DNA from: Spirochaetia bacterium
Lineage (GTDB): Bacteria > Spirochaetota > Spirochaetia > SZUA-6 > Bin103
DNA length: 64,000 nucleotides
Direction: 5' to 3'
NCBI GenBank assembly: GCA_965208575.1
Contig: CBDBOV010000002.1
Location: 384,001-448,000, forward strand
Part shown: positions 15,001-22,084 of the stretch, one piece after another
Position numbering within the stretch: the first letter of the stretch is position 1
Layout of the letters: every line of letters starts with the position of its first letter
Program-made: the position numbers and the translations under genes
The notes under the pieces: generated by a model
Database searches by the model: none
What the model was told of the DNA's origin: nothing
Seen by the model: the letters and a program-made list of their open reading frames with translations, nothing else

Positions 15001-18000
15001 CGAACGGCGACCTGGCAGGGCTCCTGACGCTGAAGACGGGCGACGAGAACGGCACCGATATCGGGTTCACGGCGACCATCGATGCGGCGAAGCGGGTGAT
15101 CACAGTCGACCCGACGGCGGACCTGGCCGATGGCGCGGTGTACGTGGCGGTCACGGACGGCTACTACGACGAGTACGGCAACCAGGCCGCGGCGGCGGAG
15201 GCCACCTTCACCGTGGACACCAGCGTGGCGGCGCCGACGTTCCTCCCGGCCGCCGGCGCCACCGCCGGTCCCGGCACGAGCATCACGCTGACGTTCGCGG
15301 AGGCGATCCACAAGAACGCCCAGGGTGGCGACTTCGCCACCACCGACCTGGCCGGCATCCTGACGCTGAAGGTGGGCGATGCCGACGGCACGGCCATCGG
15401 CTACACGGCGAGCATCGACGCGGCGAAGACGGAGATCACCCTCGACCCGACGGCGGACCTGGCCGACGGCGCGGTGTACGTGGCGGTCTCGGACGGCTAC
15501 TACGACGAGCACGGCAACCAGGGTGCGGCCGCGAGCGCGACGTTCACGGTCACCGTGGTCGGCACGGCGCCCGTCGTAACCGGGGTGGCGGTGGTCTCGG
15601 ACGCAGGAAGCGACGCCACCTATCTCCTGGGCGACAAGATCCGGGTGCGCCTCACGTTCAGCGAGGCGGTGAAGGTGACGGGGACGCCGCGGCTCTCGAT
15701 CGACATGAACCCGGCAGTGTGGGGCGAGAAGCGGGCGGCCTACGAGGGCGCGCGCGATACGGCCGTGCTGTCGCTCACCTTCGCCTACGAGGTGGTGGAG
15801 CCGAACATCTCGACGCAGGGGATCGCGGTGCTGGCCAACACGCTGGCGCTTGACGGCGGCACGATCCGCTCGGTGGCGACCGACGCGGCCGCGGCGTTGA
15901 GCCACGCAGGGCTTGCGCACGACCCGGCGCACCGGGTGGACGCGGTACCGCCGCAGTTGCTGCGGGGTGAGATCGATGGCGGGACGATGACGCTCTATTT
16001 CAGCGAGGCGCTGGACCCGGACGCGACCGGGGGCGAGTTCCTCATGGGCGTGGAGGTCCCGGAGCTGGGCGTGATGGGCTTCGTTGCCGCGGGCGACGTG
16101 GCGGTCGACGGCAAGACGGTGACGGTCGGCCTGGGCGAGCGCAATCCGCGGGCGACGCCGGGCCTGGAGCGCAACAACGTCCTCTACGCCCGGCGCGCCG
16201 ACGGCGGCGGCGGGGCGCTGCGGGACGTTGCCGGCAACCCGGTGCTGGCGCGGTATCCGATGCATCGCGGCAACGGCGAGGAGTGGAGGTACGTCGCCAT
16301 CGACCTCGAAAACGTCACCGCCGACACCAGCGTGGCGGCGCCGACGTTCAGCCCGGCCGGCGGCGCGACGGTGACCGACGCGGCGAGCGACATCACGCTG
16401 ACCTTCGGCGAGACGGTCCACAAGGACGCCCAGGGCGGCGACTTCACCACCACCGACTTGGCCGGCATCCTGACGCTGACGGTGGGCGACGAGAACGGCA
16501 CCGCCATCGGCTTCACGGCGACCATCGACGCGAAGAAGAAGGTCATCACCATCGACCCGACGGCGGACTTGGCCGAGGGCGCGGTGTACGTGGCGGTCAC
16601 GGATGGCTACTTCGACGAGCACGGCAACCAGGGTACGGCGGCGAGCGCGACGTTCACGATCGCCGTGGTGGGCACGGCGCCCGGCGTGACCCGGGTGGCG
16701 GTGGTCTCGGACGCAGGAAGCGACGCCACCTACGCGGCGGGTGAGACCGTGCGGGTGGCGCTGACCTTCGGCGAGGCGGTGGCGGTCGACACCGAAGGCG
16801 GGACGCCGCGGCTGAAGCTCGACCTCGGTGGCGACGACGGCACGGGCGAGCGCTGGGCGGCGTACGAGAACGGCTCCGGCACCGACACGCTGACCTTCGC
16901 CTGGGAGGCGGCAGCGCCGGACGAATCGGCCGCGGGTGTCGCGGTGCTCGCGGACACGCTGGAGCTTGACGGCGGCACCATCAGGTCGGTTGAGACGCAG
17001 ACGGATGCGCTGCTCGGCCATGGGGGACTCGCGCACGACCCGGCGCACCGGGTGGACGCGGCACCGCCGCAGTTGCTGCGGGGCGAGATCGACGGCGGAA
17101 CGATGACGCTCTATTTCAGCGAGGCGCTGGACCCGGACTCCACGGGCGGTCAGTTCCTCATGAGTCTGGAGACCCCGGAGGGCGTGGAGGGCTTCCGCGC
17201 CAGGGGCGACGTGGTGGTCGACGGCGCGACCGTGACGGTCGGCATGGGCGCGGCCCTTCTGCGGCCGACGCCGGGCCTGGAGCGTAACCGCGTCCAGTAC
17301 ACACGGCGCGCTGACGGCGCCGACGGGGCGCTTCGCGACATGGCCGGCAACCTGGTAGAGGGGCACGGGTCGGCGCTCTGCACGGGGGACGGCTGCGTCG
17401 AGACACGGTCCGCCGAGATCGACCTGGCCAACGTCACCCCACGCACGCCCCGGGTGACGGGGGTGGCGGTGGTCTCGGACGCGGGCGCGGACGGCTTGTA
17501 TGGCGAGGGTAAGAGGGTCAAGGCGGCGGTAACCTTCACCACGCAGGTGCGGGTCGAGACCGCCGAGGGCGTGCCGACGCTGGCGCTGATCGCGAACGGC
17601 GGGATCCGGCGGGCGGCGTACCTCTCGGGCTCAGGGACGGCGCGGCTGGTGTTCGCGTACCGCGCGGTCGAGGCGGGCGGCTTGCAGGCGCCGGTACGGG
17701 TGGCGGCGTCGGGGCTCAAGCTCAACGGCGGTGCGATCGTGGCGGCGCCGGGCGGCGCGGCGGCGGCGCTCGGCTTCGGCGAAGCGCCGGGGGTGACGGC
17801 GGTATCGGTCGCGGAGCAGGCCGACGAGCGCTTCGAGGCGGGCGAGACGGTGGAGGCCACCCTCACATTCGCCGAGCCGGTGGCGGTCGCGGGCGCGCCG
17901 ACGGTGGCGGTCACGTTCGGGGGCGTCGAGCGGCGCGCCGCCTATGCGCGGGGCTCGGGCGGCGAGCGGCTCACCTTCGCCTACCCGCTGGCCAAGGGCG

Positions 18001-20657
18001 AAGTCTGGCAGGGCACGGTCGGGCTGGCCGAGGACAGCCTGCGGCTCGAAGGCGGGACTGTCTCAAGCGTGGGCGGTGGGCTTGCCGCGGCGCTCGCGCA
18101 CCCAGGGGTCGAGGGCGTCGCGGCGACGCCGCCGCCGGCGGTGGTCGCGGTGTCGCTGGTGGCGAACGGACGCGCCGACGCGACCTACGGGCTCGGCGAG
18201 CGGATCCGCATTCGGGTCAGCTTCAGCGGGGCGGTAACCGTGACGGGCTCGCCGGGGATCGGGATCGACATGGACCCGGCGGAGTGGGGCGAGAAGCGGG
18301 CGGTCTACGAGAGCGGCTCCGGGTCGCCGACGCTGGTGTTCGTGTACGAGGTGGTGGAGCCGAACCTGTCCACGAAGGGTATCGCGGTGCTGGCGGACAC
18401 GCTGGCGCTCGACGGCGGTGCGGCGATCCGCTCGATGGCACGACAGCGGGACGCACTGCTGGGCCACGCGGGGCTCGCGCACGACCCGGCGCACAAGGTG
18501 GACTGGCGGCGCGCGCCGGCGCCGGCGGCGGGAACGCCCGCGGTGACCGGGGTGGCGGTGGTCTCGGACGCCGGCGCGGACGGCACCTATCTCCTGGGCG
18601 ACGCGATCCGGGTACGCCTCACGTTCAGCGAGGCGGTGAAGGTGACGGGGACGCCGCGCGTTGCGATCGACATGGATCCGGCGGAGTGGGGCGAGAAGCG
18701 GGCGGCCTACGAGGGCGAGCGCGATAAGGCCGTGCTGTCGCTCACCTTCGCCCACACGGTGGTGGAGCCGAATATCTCTACGAAGGGTATCGCGGTGCTG
18801 GCGGACACGCTGGCGCTCGACGGCGGGACGATCCGCTCGGTGGCGACCGGCGCGGGCGCGGCGCTCGGGCATGCGGGGCTCGCGCACGACGGAGGCCACA
18901 AGGTGGACTGGCGCCCGGCGCTCTCGGTGGCGGACGCACGGGCGCGCGAGGGTGAGGACGAGGCGGTGGTGTTCGAGGTCTCGCTGAGCCGCGCCTTCAC
19001 GGGCGCGGGGCACCGGGTGACGGTGGACTACGCGACGGCCGACGGCACGGCGACGGCGGGCGAGGACTACACGGCGGCGAGCGGCACGCTGACCTTCGCC
19101 GCGGGCGAGACGACGAAGACGGTGAGCGTGCCGATCCTCGACGACAGTCACGACGAGGGGCCGGAGACCCTCGCGCTGCGGCTCACGAACGTGCAGGGCG
19201 CGCGGCGTGGCGACCTGGAGGCGACCGGCACGATCGAGAACACGGACCCGATGCCGCGGGCGTGGCTGGCGCGCTTCGGGCGCACGCTGGCCGAGCAGGT
19301 GGTGGACGCGGTCGGGGCGCGGCTGGCGGCGCGGGGCGGCGGCGGTGCACAGGCGCGGCTTGCCGGGCAGGAGCTCGCCGGCGCCGGCGGCCTCGACGCG
19401 GACGAATCGGCGCGGCTTGCCGACGCGGAGCTGGCGCGCTGGCTGGCGGGCAGGCCGGAGCAGCCGCACACGATGAGCGGCGGCGAGCTGCTGGCCGGTA
19501 GCGCGTTCGCGGTGACCTCCGCGGCGGCGGAGGATCGGCCGGCGGCGGCGCTGTGGGGCCGCGGCGGGTGGTCGCGGTTCGAGGGGCGCGAGGGGAGCCT
19601 GAGCGTGGAGGGCGAGGTGACCACGGCACTGCTCGGCGCGGAGGTAGCCTCCGGTGCGTGGCTCGGCGGGGTGATGCTGTCGCACGCACGCGGGGACGGC
19701 AGCTACCGGGCCGACGCCGGTGCGGGGACGGTGGCGAGCACGCTGACCGCGGTGCATCCCTACGTGGGGGTGGACCTGAGCGAGCGGCTGACCGCGTGGG
19801 CGGCCGGCGGCCTGGGCCTGGGCGGGCTCACGCTCACGCCCGACGGGGCGGCGGCGCTGGAGACCGACCTGTCGCTGCTGCTGGCGGCGCTCGGCGCGCG
19901 CGGGCGGCTGGTGGAGCCGGCGGCCGGGAGCGGGTTCTTGCTGGCCATCGAGACCGACGCCTACTGGGTGCGAACTGGTTCCGCGGCGGCATCCGGGCTG
20001 GCGGAAGCGCAGGGGGACGCCACGCGGATCAGGCTCGGACTCGACGGCGGCTACCGGATCGGGCTCGGGCGCGGTGGCACGGTGGAGCCCACGGTCGCGG
20101 TCGGGGTGCGCCACGACGGCGGTGACGCCGAGCCCGGCTACGGGATGGACGTGGGCGGCGGGCTCGCCTGGTCAGCCCCGGCGCTCGGGCTGTCGGCGCA
20201 GGTGGCGGCGCGCGGGTTGCTGACCGAGGAGTTCGACGGCTTCCGCGACCTCGGCCTGTCCGGGTCGCTCGCCTGGGACTCGGACTCGGCGTCCGACCGG
20301 GGACCGTCGCTGACCGTCACCCAGACCGTGGGCGCCGCGGCCACCGGCGGCAGCCACGCGCTGCTCGGGCGGTCGACCCTGGCCGGCCTGGCCGCCACCG
20401 GCGACGGCCTGGACCGCCGTCGCCTGGACCTGCGCGCCGGCTACGGCTTCGCGGCGGCCGGCGACCGCTTCACCCTGACGCCGGAGTTCGGGCTCGGCCT
20501 GTCGGATGCGGGCCGCGACTACACGCTCGGCTGGCGGCTGGGCCTGGCGCAGCGCTCCCCGGCGTCGTTCGAGCTCGGGCTCGAGGCGACACGCAGGGAG
20601 TCCGCCGACCACAACGCCAAGCATCGGCTCGGGCTGACGATGACCGCGAGCTGGTGA
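9..20657 (+). CDS. Giant repetitive surface/adhesin-like protein with autotransporter-like C-terminal beta-barrel; 5' end lies outside the window
   Basis: 6882-aa ORF open from the window edge. Contains repeated ~125-aa 'TYKVGD..RVTF..GSGT..HKVD' modules, SwmB-like domains, a cadherin-like domain (VAENSAAG..ATDPDG), FN3, 34 Ig-like repeats, Calx-beta (VDYATADGTATAGEDY), a 'MPRAWLARFGRT' helix and a barrel ending in W. Confidence 0.9.
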   Translation: MALVSAPPAGQNDTYKVGDEVRARVTFNGPVDVTGSPVLKLDFDPAEWGEKSMTFDATRSRTNTTTLEFTYEVVADNLSTQGIAFYANKLSAGGSVSIRTAGTQQDADLAFAKVEHDADHKVDGVLPDLIATAPVSVTSAAGADATYAIGDPIEITATFNEAVTVTTAGTPVAGPRLAFTLGSGTKHAVYASGSGTAALVFRYPVAEGDADADGIAIVGNGLGLNGGTIADAAGNAAAAEQLEHAALDRLTSHKVDGVRPTVRSAAAAGTKLKVTFSETLGAASSLANGAFEVKKTPRGGVEQTVTLSGSPSISGATLTLTLASAVVGTDTAIKVSYIRPTTGTANTLRDAVGNDAENFADQAVPVGNFAPSFASDAPSRFSVAENSAAGAAVGTVAATDPDGGTLTYSLTSAGTDHEAFAIDSGGRITVASGATLDHESQSSYSLTVRVHDGGNFFGGPDTAVDASHRLTITVTDLTVEPPGTPSKPTVTGRTPSSLRVSWTAPDMTGRPAITDYDVRWFKGSADPAQDAQWTRHFHAGAATRTTIAELDPGSAYRVQVRAVNADGKSPWTTSGQGRTTSSAAPARCGSTSDPEEWIASVTSTATSITFTFKNSLPQVTAGVLVQICRPESSTSGRYRRSQASSIFGNPAGGSSHTIADFDDHRGGRIALQPGTDYWLRVDSQYTANASAWHYIATKPSLAVSAVALVSEPTVDADGDGTNETYKVGDTVRARVTFNRPVDVTGSPVLKLDFDPADWGEKSMTFDAARSRTNTTTLEFTYEVVAGNLSTQGIALHANELRLGAGASIRAAGKQQNADLTFAKVEHDAAHKVDGVAPALIAAAPVSVTSAAGDDATYAIGDPIEISATFNEAVTVTAAGTPGAGPRLAFTLGSGTKHAVYHSGSGTAAPVFRYTVAEGDADADGIAVAENGLGLNGGAIADAAGNVAAAAQLRHPAVAALATHKVDGVRPTVRGATVDGKTLRVTFSETLGPAARLANGAFVVKKTPQGEMEQTVTLSGSPSIAGASVTLTLANKVLRTDTGVKVSYTAPTTGADNRLRDAAGNDAEDFPDVTASFSNGVSAVALVSAPPAGQNDTYKVGDVVRARVTFGSPVDVVGNPVLKLQFAEDSGEKSMTFDATRSRTNTTTLEFTYTVGAGDRSTQGIAFYANKLSVGEGGSIRTAGTQQNADLTFPKVNHDAGHKVDGTLPALIANDPITVTSSAGPDKTYAVGETIDITATFTEPVTVTTFGNPVEQPSLVFSVGTIWDFRTAVYHSGSGTNKLVFRYTVAASDTDTDGVSFVGYAISLGPRGKTAKIADAVGNAAGRDQLANVAAGPLSSHKVDGSLTVSDTPPLFVSATVDGAALTLNYNEELDGTSEPVSGAFAVKVNGNAVNLAASDPVEVAGTTVTLTLAQAVTRGQTVTVSYTAPSENPIRDSDGNRAGSISEQPVAVTVGASVAAPTFSPAAGATAGPGTSITLTFAEALRKDASGTELANGDLAAILTLKTTDADGTDIGFTATIDAAKQVITVTPNNALAGGAVFVAISGSYFDEHGNQGAAASATFTVDVTAPAAPAFSPAGGATVTDAARNLTLTFAEAIHKDASGTELGNGDLAGILTLKTDDENGTDIGFTATIDAAMQVITVAPTADLADGAVYVAISDGYYDEHGNQGTAASATFTVDTSVTAPTFSPAADTTAGPGTSITLTFAEALRKDASGMALANDDLAGILTLKTDDENGTDIGFTATIDAAKQVITVAPTANLAGGDVYVAISDGYYDEHGNQGAAASATFTVDATAPAAPAFSPAGGATVTDAAGNLTLRFAEAIHKDAQGGDFAATDLAGILTLKTTDADGTDIGFTATIDAAKQVITLDPTADLADGAVYVAVSDGYFDKYGNQGTAASATFTVDTSVAAPTFSPAAGATAGPGTSITLTFAEALRKDASGTALANGDLAALLTLKTGDADGTDIGFRATIDVAKQVITVDPTADLAGGDVYVAISDGYYDEHGNQGAAASATFTVDATAPAAPAFSPAGGATVTDAAGNLTLTFAEAIHKDAQGGDFAATDLAGILTLKTGNADGTGIGFTATIDAAKRVITVDPTADLADGDVHVAVTDGYYDEHGNQGPAASATFTVDTSVAAPTFSPAAGATAGPGTSITLTFSEALRKDASDTALADGDLAGILTLKTTDADGTDIGFTATIDAAKQVITVTPTNGLAGGAVYVAVTDGYYDEHGNQGAAASATFTVDATAPAAPAFSPAGGATVTDAASHLTLTFAEAIHKDAQGGDFATTDLAGILTLKTDDENGTDIGFTATIDAAKQVITVDPTADLAEGAVYVAVSDGYYDEHGNQGTAASATFTVDTSVTAPTFSPAAGATAGPGTSITLTFAEALRKDAAGTALANGDLAALLTLKTGDVDGPAIGFTATINAAKQVITVDPTANLAGGDVYVAISDGYYDEHGNQGAAAGATFTVDATAPAAPAFSPAGVTVTDAAGNLTLTFAEAIHKDAQGGDFATTDLAGILTLKTGNADGTGIGFTATIDAAKQVITVDPTADLADGAVYVAVSDGYFDKYGNQGTAASATFTVDTSVAAPTFSPAAGATAGPGTSITLTFAEALRKDASGTALANGDLAALLTLKTGDADGTDIGFTATIDAAKQVITVTPTNGLAGGAVYVAVTDGYYDEHGNQGAAASATFTVDATAPAAPAFSPAGGATVTDAASHLTLTFAEAIHKDAQGGDFATTDLAGILTLKTGNADGTGIGFTATIDAAKQVITVDPTADLAEGAVYVAVSDGYYDEHGNQGTAASATFTVDTSVTAPTFSPAAGATAGPGTSITLTFAEALRKDAAGTALANGDLAALLTLKTGDVDGPAIGFTATINAAKQVITVDPTANLAGGDVYVAISDGYYDEHGNQGAAAGATFTVDATAPAAPAFSPAAGVTVTDAAGNLTLTFAEAIHKDAQGGDFATTDLAGILTLKTGNADGTGIGFTATIDAAKQVITVDPTADLADGAVYVAVSDGYFDKYGNQGTAASATFTVDTSVAAPTFSPAAGATAGPGTSITLTFAEALRKDASGTALANGDLAALLTLKTTDADGPDIGFTATIDAAKQVITVDPTANLAGGDVYVAITDGYFDEHGNQGAAASATFTVDATAPAAPAFSPVAGATVTDAADNITLTFAEAIHKDASGTDLAIGDLAGILTLKRGDADGTDVGFTATIDAAEQVITLDPTADLADGAVYVAITNGYFDEHGNQGAAASATFTVDTSVAAPTFSPAAGATAGPGASITLTFAEALRKDASGTALANGDLGALLTLKTTDADGPDIGFTATIDAAKQVITVDPTANLAGGDVYVAITDGYFDEHGNQGAAASATFTVDATAPAAPAFSPVAGATVTDAADNITLTFAEAIHKDASGTDLAIGDLAGILTLKRGDADGTDVGFTATIDAAKQVITLDPTADLADGAVYVAITNGYFDEHGNQGAAASATFTVDTSVAAPTFSPAAGATAGPGTSITLTFAEALRKDASGTALAAGDLAGILTLKTTDADGTDIGFTATINAAKQVITVEPTANLAGGEVYVAISDGYYDEHGNQGAAASATFTVDATAPAAPTFRPAAGATVTDAAGNLTLTFAEALHKDASGTALAIGDLAGILTLKRGDADGNDIGFAATIDAAKQVITVDPTADLADGAVYVAVSDGYFDEHGNQGTSASATFTVDTSVAAPTFSPAADTTAGPGTSITLTFAEALRKDASGTALANDDLAGILTLKTTDADGTDIGFTATIDAAEQVITVAPTADLAGGDVYVAISDGYFDEHGNQGTAASATFTVDATAPAAPAFSPASGATVADAAGNLTLTFAEAIHKDASGTALANGDLAGILTLKTGDADGTAIGYTATIDAAKQVITVAPTADLADGAVYVAVTDGYFDEHGNQGSAASATFTVDTSVTAPTFSPAAGATAGPGTSITLTFAEALRKDATGTALAAGDLAGILTLKTSDADGTDIGFTATIDAAKQVITLDPTADLADGAVHVAITNGYYDEHGNQGAAASATFTVDASAPTAPTFTPAGGATVTDAASNITLTFAEALHKDAQGGEFAATDLAGILTLKTGDADGTAIGYTATINAAKTVITLDPTADLADGAVYVAVTDGYFDEHGNQGAAASATFAVDTSVAAPTFSPAAGATAGPGTSITLTFAEALRKDASGTALANGDLAALLTLKTSDADGTDIGFTATIDAAEQVITVTPTNALAEGAVYVAVTDGYFDEHGNQGTAASATFTVDASAPAAPTFRPAAGATVTDAAGNITLTFAEPLHKDAAGTALANGDLAGILTLKTGDENGTAIGFTATIDAAKRVITLDPTAELADGAVYVAVSDGYYDAHGNQGAAANATFTVDTSVAAPTFLPAAGATAGPGTSITLTFAEALRKDAAGTALANGDLAGILTLKTGDENGTAIGFTATIDAAEQVITVTPTNALAEGAVYVAVTDGYFDEHGNRGAAASATFTVDASAPAPPTFSPAAGATVTDAASNITLTFAEALHKDASGTALANGDLAGLLTLKTGDENGTDIGYTATIDAAKTVITLDPTADLADGAVYVAVSDGYFDEHGNQGAAANATFTVDTSVAAPTFSPAAGATAGPGTSITLTFAEALRKDAAGTALANGDLAALLTLKTGDADGTAIGFTATIDAAKQVITVDPTTNLADGAVYVAITNGYYDEHGNQGAAASATFTVDASAPTAPTFTPAGGATVTDAASNITLTFAEALHKDAQGGEFAATDLAGILTLKTGDADGTAIGYTATIDAARTVITLDPTADLADGAVYVAVTDGYYDEHGNQGVAASATFTVDTSVATPTFSPAAGATAGPGTSITLTFAEALRKDASGTALANGDLAALLTLKTSDADGTDIGFTATIDAAEQVITVTPTNALAEGAVYVAVSDGYFDEHGNRGAAASATFTVDASAPAPPTFSPAAGATVTDAASNITLTFAEALHKDASGTALANGDLAGLLTLKTGDENGTDIGFTATIDAAKRVITVDPTADLADGAVYVAVTDGYYDEYGNQAAAAEATFTVDTSVAAPTFLPAAGATAGPGTSITLTFAEAIHKNAQGGDFATTDLAGILTLKVGDADGTAIGYTASIDAAKTEITLDPTADLADGAVYVAVSDGYYDEHGNQGAAASATFTVTVVGTAPVVTGVAVVSDAGSDATYLLGDKIRVRLTFSEAVKVTGTPRLSIDMNPAVWGEKRAAYEGARDTAVLSLTFAYEVVEPNISTQGIAVLANTLALDGGTIRSVATDAAAALSHAGLAHDPAHRVDAVPPQLLRGEIDGGTMTLYFSEALDPDATGGEFLMGVEVPELGVMGFVAAGDVAVDGKTVTVGLGERNPRATPGLERNNVLYARRADGGGGALRDVAGNPVLARYPMHRGNGEEWRYVAIDLENVTADTSVAAPTFSPAGGATVTDAASDITLTFGETVHKDAQGGDFTTTDLAGILTLTVGDENGTAIGFTATIDAKKKVITIDPTADLAEGAVYVAVTDGYFDEHGNQGTAASATFTIAVVGTAPGVTRVAVVSDAGSDATYAAGETVRVALTFGEAVAVDTEGGTPRLKLDLGGDDGTGERWAAYENGSGTDTLTFAWEAAAPDESAAGVAVLADTLELDGGTIRSVETQTDALLGHGGLAHDPAHRVDAAPPQLLRGEIDGGTMTLYFSEALDPDSTGGQFLMSLETPEGVEGFRARGDVVVDGATVTVGMGAALLRPTPGLERNRVQYTRRADGADGALRDMAGNLVEGHGSALCTGDGCVETRSAEIDLANVTPRTPRVTGVAVVSDAGADGLYGEGKRVKAAVTFTTQVRVETAEGVPTLALIANGGIRRAAYLSGSGTARLVFAYRAVEAGGLQAPVRVAASGLKLNGGAIVAAPGGAAAALGFGEAPGVTAVSVAEQADERFEAGETVEATLTFAEPVAVAGAPTVAVTFGGVERRAAYARGSGGERLTFAYPLAKGEVWQGTVGLAEDSLRLEGGTVSSVGGGLAAALAHPGVEGVAATPPPAVVAVSLVANGRADATYGLGERIRIRVSFSGAVTVTGSPGIGIDMDPAEWGEKRAVYESGSGSPTLVFVYEVVEPNLSTKGIAVLADTLALDGGAAIRSMARQRDALLGHAGLAHDPAHKVDWRRAPAPAAGTPAVTGVAVVSDAGADGTYLLGDAIRVRLTFSEAVKVTGTPRVAIDMDPAEWGEKRAAYEGERDKAVLSLTFAHTVVEPNISTKGIAVLADTLALDGGTIRSVATGAGAALGHAGLAHDGGHKVDWRPALSVADARAREGEDEAVVFEVSLSRAFTGAGHRVTVDYATADGTATAGEDYTAASGTLTFAAGETTKTVSVPILDDSHDEGPETLALRLTNVQGARRGDLEATGTIENTDPMPRAWLARFGRTLAEQVVDAVGARLAARGGGGAQARLAGQELAGAGGLDADESARLADAELARWLAGRPEQPHTMSGGELLAGSAFAVTSAAAEDRPAAALWGRGGWSRFEGREGSLSVEGEVTTALLGAEVASGAWLGGVMLSHARGDGSYRADAGAGTVASTLTAVHPYVGVDLSERLTAWAAGGLGLGGLTLTPDGAAALETDLSLLLAALGARGRLVEPAAGSGFLLAIETDAYWVRTGSAAASGLAEAQGDATRIRLGLDGGYRIGLGRGGTVEPTVAVGVRHDGGDAEPGYGMDVGGGLAWSAPALGLSAQVAARGLLTEEFDGFRDLGLSGSLAWDSDSASDRGPSLTVTQTVGAAATGGSHALLGRSTLAGLAATGDGLDRRRLDLRAGYGFAAAGDRFTLTPEFGLGLSDAGRDYTLGWRLGLAQRSPASFELGLEATRRESADHNAKHRLGLTMTASW
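4375..15560 (+). repeat. Tandem array of 33 ~339-bp (113-aa) Ig-like (SbsA/Big_5-like) repeats alternating A/B; one extra unit at ~16325-16670
   Basis: Unit APTFSPAAGAT..ITLTFAEA..DL..ILTLKT..IGFTATIDAAKQVIT.DPTADL..VYVA..DGY.DEHGNQG recurs with a 678-bp dimer period. Confidence 0.9.
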
Positions 20658-20717
20658 CCGAACGGCGTCCGATTCGCCGTCCTACAAGGCAGGAACACCA
20701 CCTCGGCCAGCTCCGAA

Positions 20718-20761
20718 CGGCGTCGGGACCCGCGGGGTCGGGACCGAACAGTACCGCGCGG
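20718..20761 (-). pseudogene. 44-bp relic of the alr 3' region
   Basis: Matches 60651-60694 (inside alr) with one mismatch. Confidence 0.7.
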
Positions 20762-21028
20762 AAGACGCGGCCAGCGAGCGGCACGGCATGTCCTTGCAGC
20801 GCGTGTGCTCAGACGGGCGGGACGCGCCGCTTGCGGCGTACCTGCGCACCGCTGAGCCCGCTGCGTGCTCGATCATCCCGCTGGGCACGGGGGTCGGATG
20901 GCCGCGACGCGGGCTGCGCGTGCGTGGCGCCCGGTTGTCTCCGCTCGTCGCGTTCGGGCAGTAGCGACACGTTTGAGCGGCCATAGGTAACACAATAGAG
21001 ACTCTCAAAAGGACAGGTTTATTCTATA

Positions 21029-21057
21029 TTGACCGTATAGCGACGTGATCCGATAAT
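21029..21057 (+). promoter_or_regulatory. Sigma70-like promoter of the second surface-protein gene
   Basis: TTGACC-17 nt-GATAAT in an AT-rich patch, ~300 nt upstream of ATG 21358. Confidence 0.55.
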
Positions 21058-21357
21058 CGACACGCTTTGCTTTACACAAGATCCAGTACCGTTCGGCAGG
21101 ATACGGACGGCCTCCGCGCGCATCATTCAGCGATGCGGCCGTGGCGCATGCGCGGTTCGTCGAGCTGCCGGCTCGGAGTAGATGCCCGATGGCGGAGCGA
21201 AGGGGCTGATGCCGAATGCCGATCCGGCCACCGACTGGCTGGAGCAGCCGCTCCTCGTCGCAGGATCGGGCTCGGCGCGCACGCACTGGTTCGACAGTCC
21301 CGTGATTGCGCCGCTCCGGGCGCTCGCTCCGTGTGCGCGGATCACGGCCGGTTCGCC

Positions 21358-21654
21358 ATGAAACCCGCCGCGGCGTTACGGCGCGCAACACCTCTTGTGT
21401 TCGCCCTCGCGCTGCTCGCGGGCACGTTCTGCGTTGCCGGTCCGGCGCTGGCGGATTCGGCGGTAAGCTCCGTGGAGTTGGTATCGGTGCCGACCGTGGA
21501 GAGCTTCACCGACCAGATGGTGACGAGCGCGACCGGCCCGCCGGTGCTGTCCACCTCGTCGCCCGTGGCGGTGGACGAGACGAACGGGAATTGGTTGACG
21601 CTGACATTCGACAAGGACCTCAAGGCGATGACTGCGGCGCAGTTGGTGCAACTG
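21358..21654 (+). pseudogene. N-terminal fragment (signal peptide plus start of a SwmB-like domain) of the surface protein interrupted by the prophage
   Basis: MKPAAALRRATPLVFALALLAGTFCVAGPALA|D signal peptide; rejoins 56446 in frame (..QLVQL|EFKIFIVG..). Confidence 0.85.
21649..21654 (+). repeat. Left target-site duplication CAACTG
   Basis: Identical to 56440-56445; directly precedes TGT. Confidence 0.85.
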
Positions 21655-21740
21655 TGTAACGCCGTGAGATAAATCGGGGCGTCTAGCGTGATAACTCGAA
21701 GCGGGATTCGGCGGGATCGAGCGGGATATATCGAGATTGA
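21655..21740 (+). promoter_or_regulatory. Left phage end with repeated putative transposase-binding sites
   Basis: GTGAGATAAATCG, GCGTGATAACTCG, GCGGGATTCGG, GCGGGATCGA, GCGGGATATATCG; inverted GCGAGATAACGCG near the right end. Confidence 0.6.
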
Positions 21741-21859
21741 GCGTTCCGGGTCCGGGTTTGCCGCTTGAATGAAGCTCGTTAGGGAGACGGGATGTCGGGT
21801 GGCTGGCACATCCTGAGTCTTAACCGTTCCTGTGTCCGGAAGGGCTTGGACGTCCGTGT

Positions 21860-22084
21860 TCACCTATCGTCCGCGGGGAGATCGGGGATTGCCACCGGCT
21901 GATTGAAGTCGAAACCTCCGTCGGTCATGACGTACGCTTCGTCGTCGTCGAACAGGGCACCCCAGCGGCCGTCGGGTAGAGGCCACATGACAGCATGCTT
22001 GACTCGCAAGCGCCCGACAGCACGTACCTCGTGAGCCGGAGTGATCTCCTGCCCCGAGAAGTCGGTTTCCTGCTCATCCGCCAT
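21860..22084 (-). CDS. Small acidic protein downstream of MuF; candidate immunity/partner protein
   Basis: 74-aa ORF overlapping the MuF stop; last gene of the operon. Confidence 0.55.
   Translation of the reverse strand: MADEQETDFSGQEITPAHEVRAVGRLRVKHAVMWPLPDGRWGALFDDDEAYVMTDGGFDFNQPVAIPDLPADDR

Noticed and set aside
4375-15560. CRISPR-like array
   Set aside because: 339-bp in-frame coding repeats with no unique spacers; no cas operon
3780-17366. 4528-aa minus-strand ORF and the many ~90-110-aa antisense ORFs
   Set aside because: Shadow frames of a GC-rich repetitive gene; Arg-rich or mirror-repeat translations with no independent signals
21649-21656. 5-bp (Mu-type) or shorter target duplication
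   Set aside because: No TG...CA placement gives 5 bp; 4-bp and 2-bp readings are formally possible, but TGT...ACA with CAACTG gives the longest duplication
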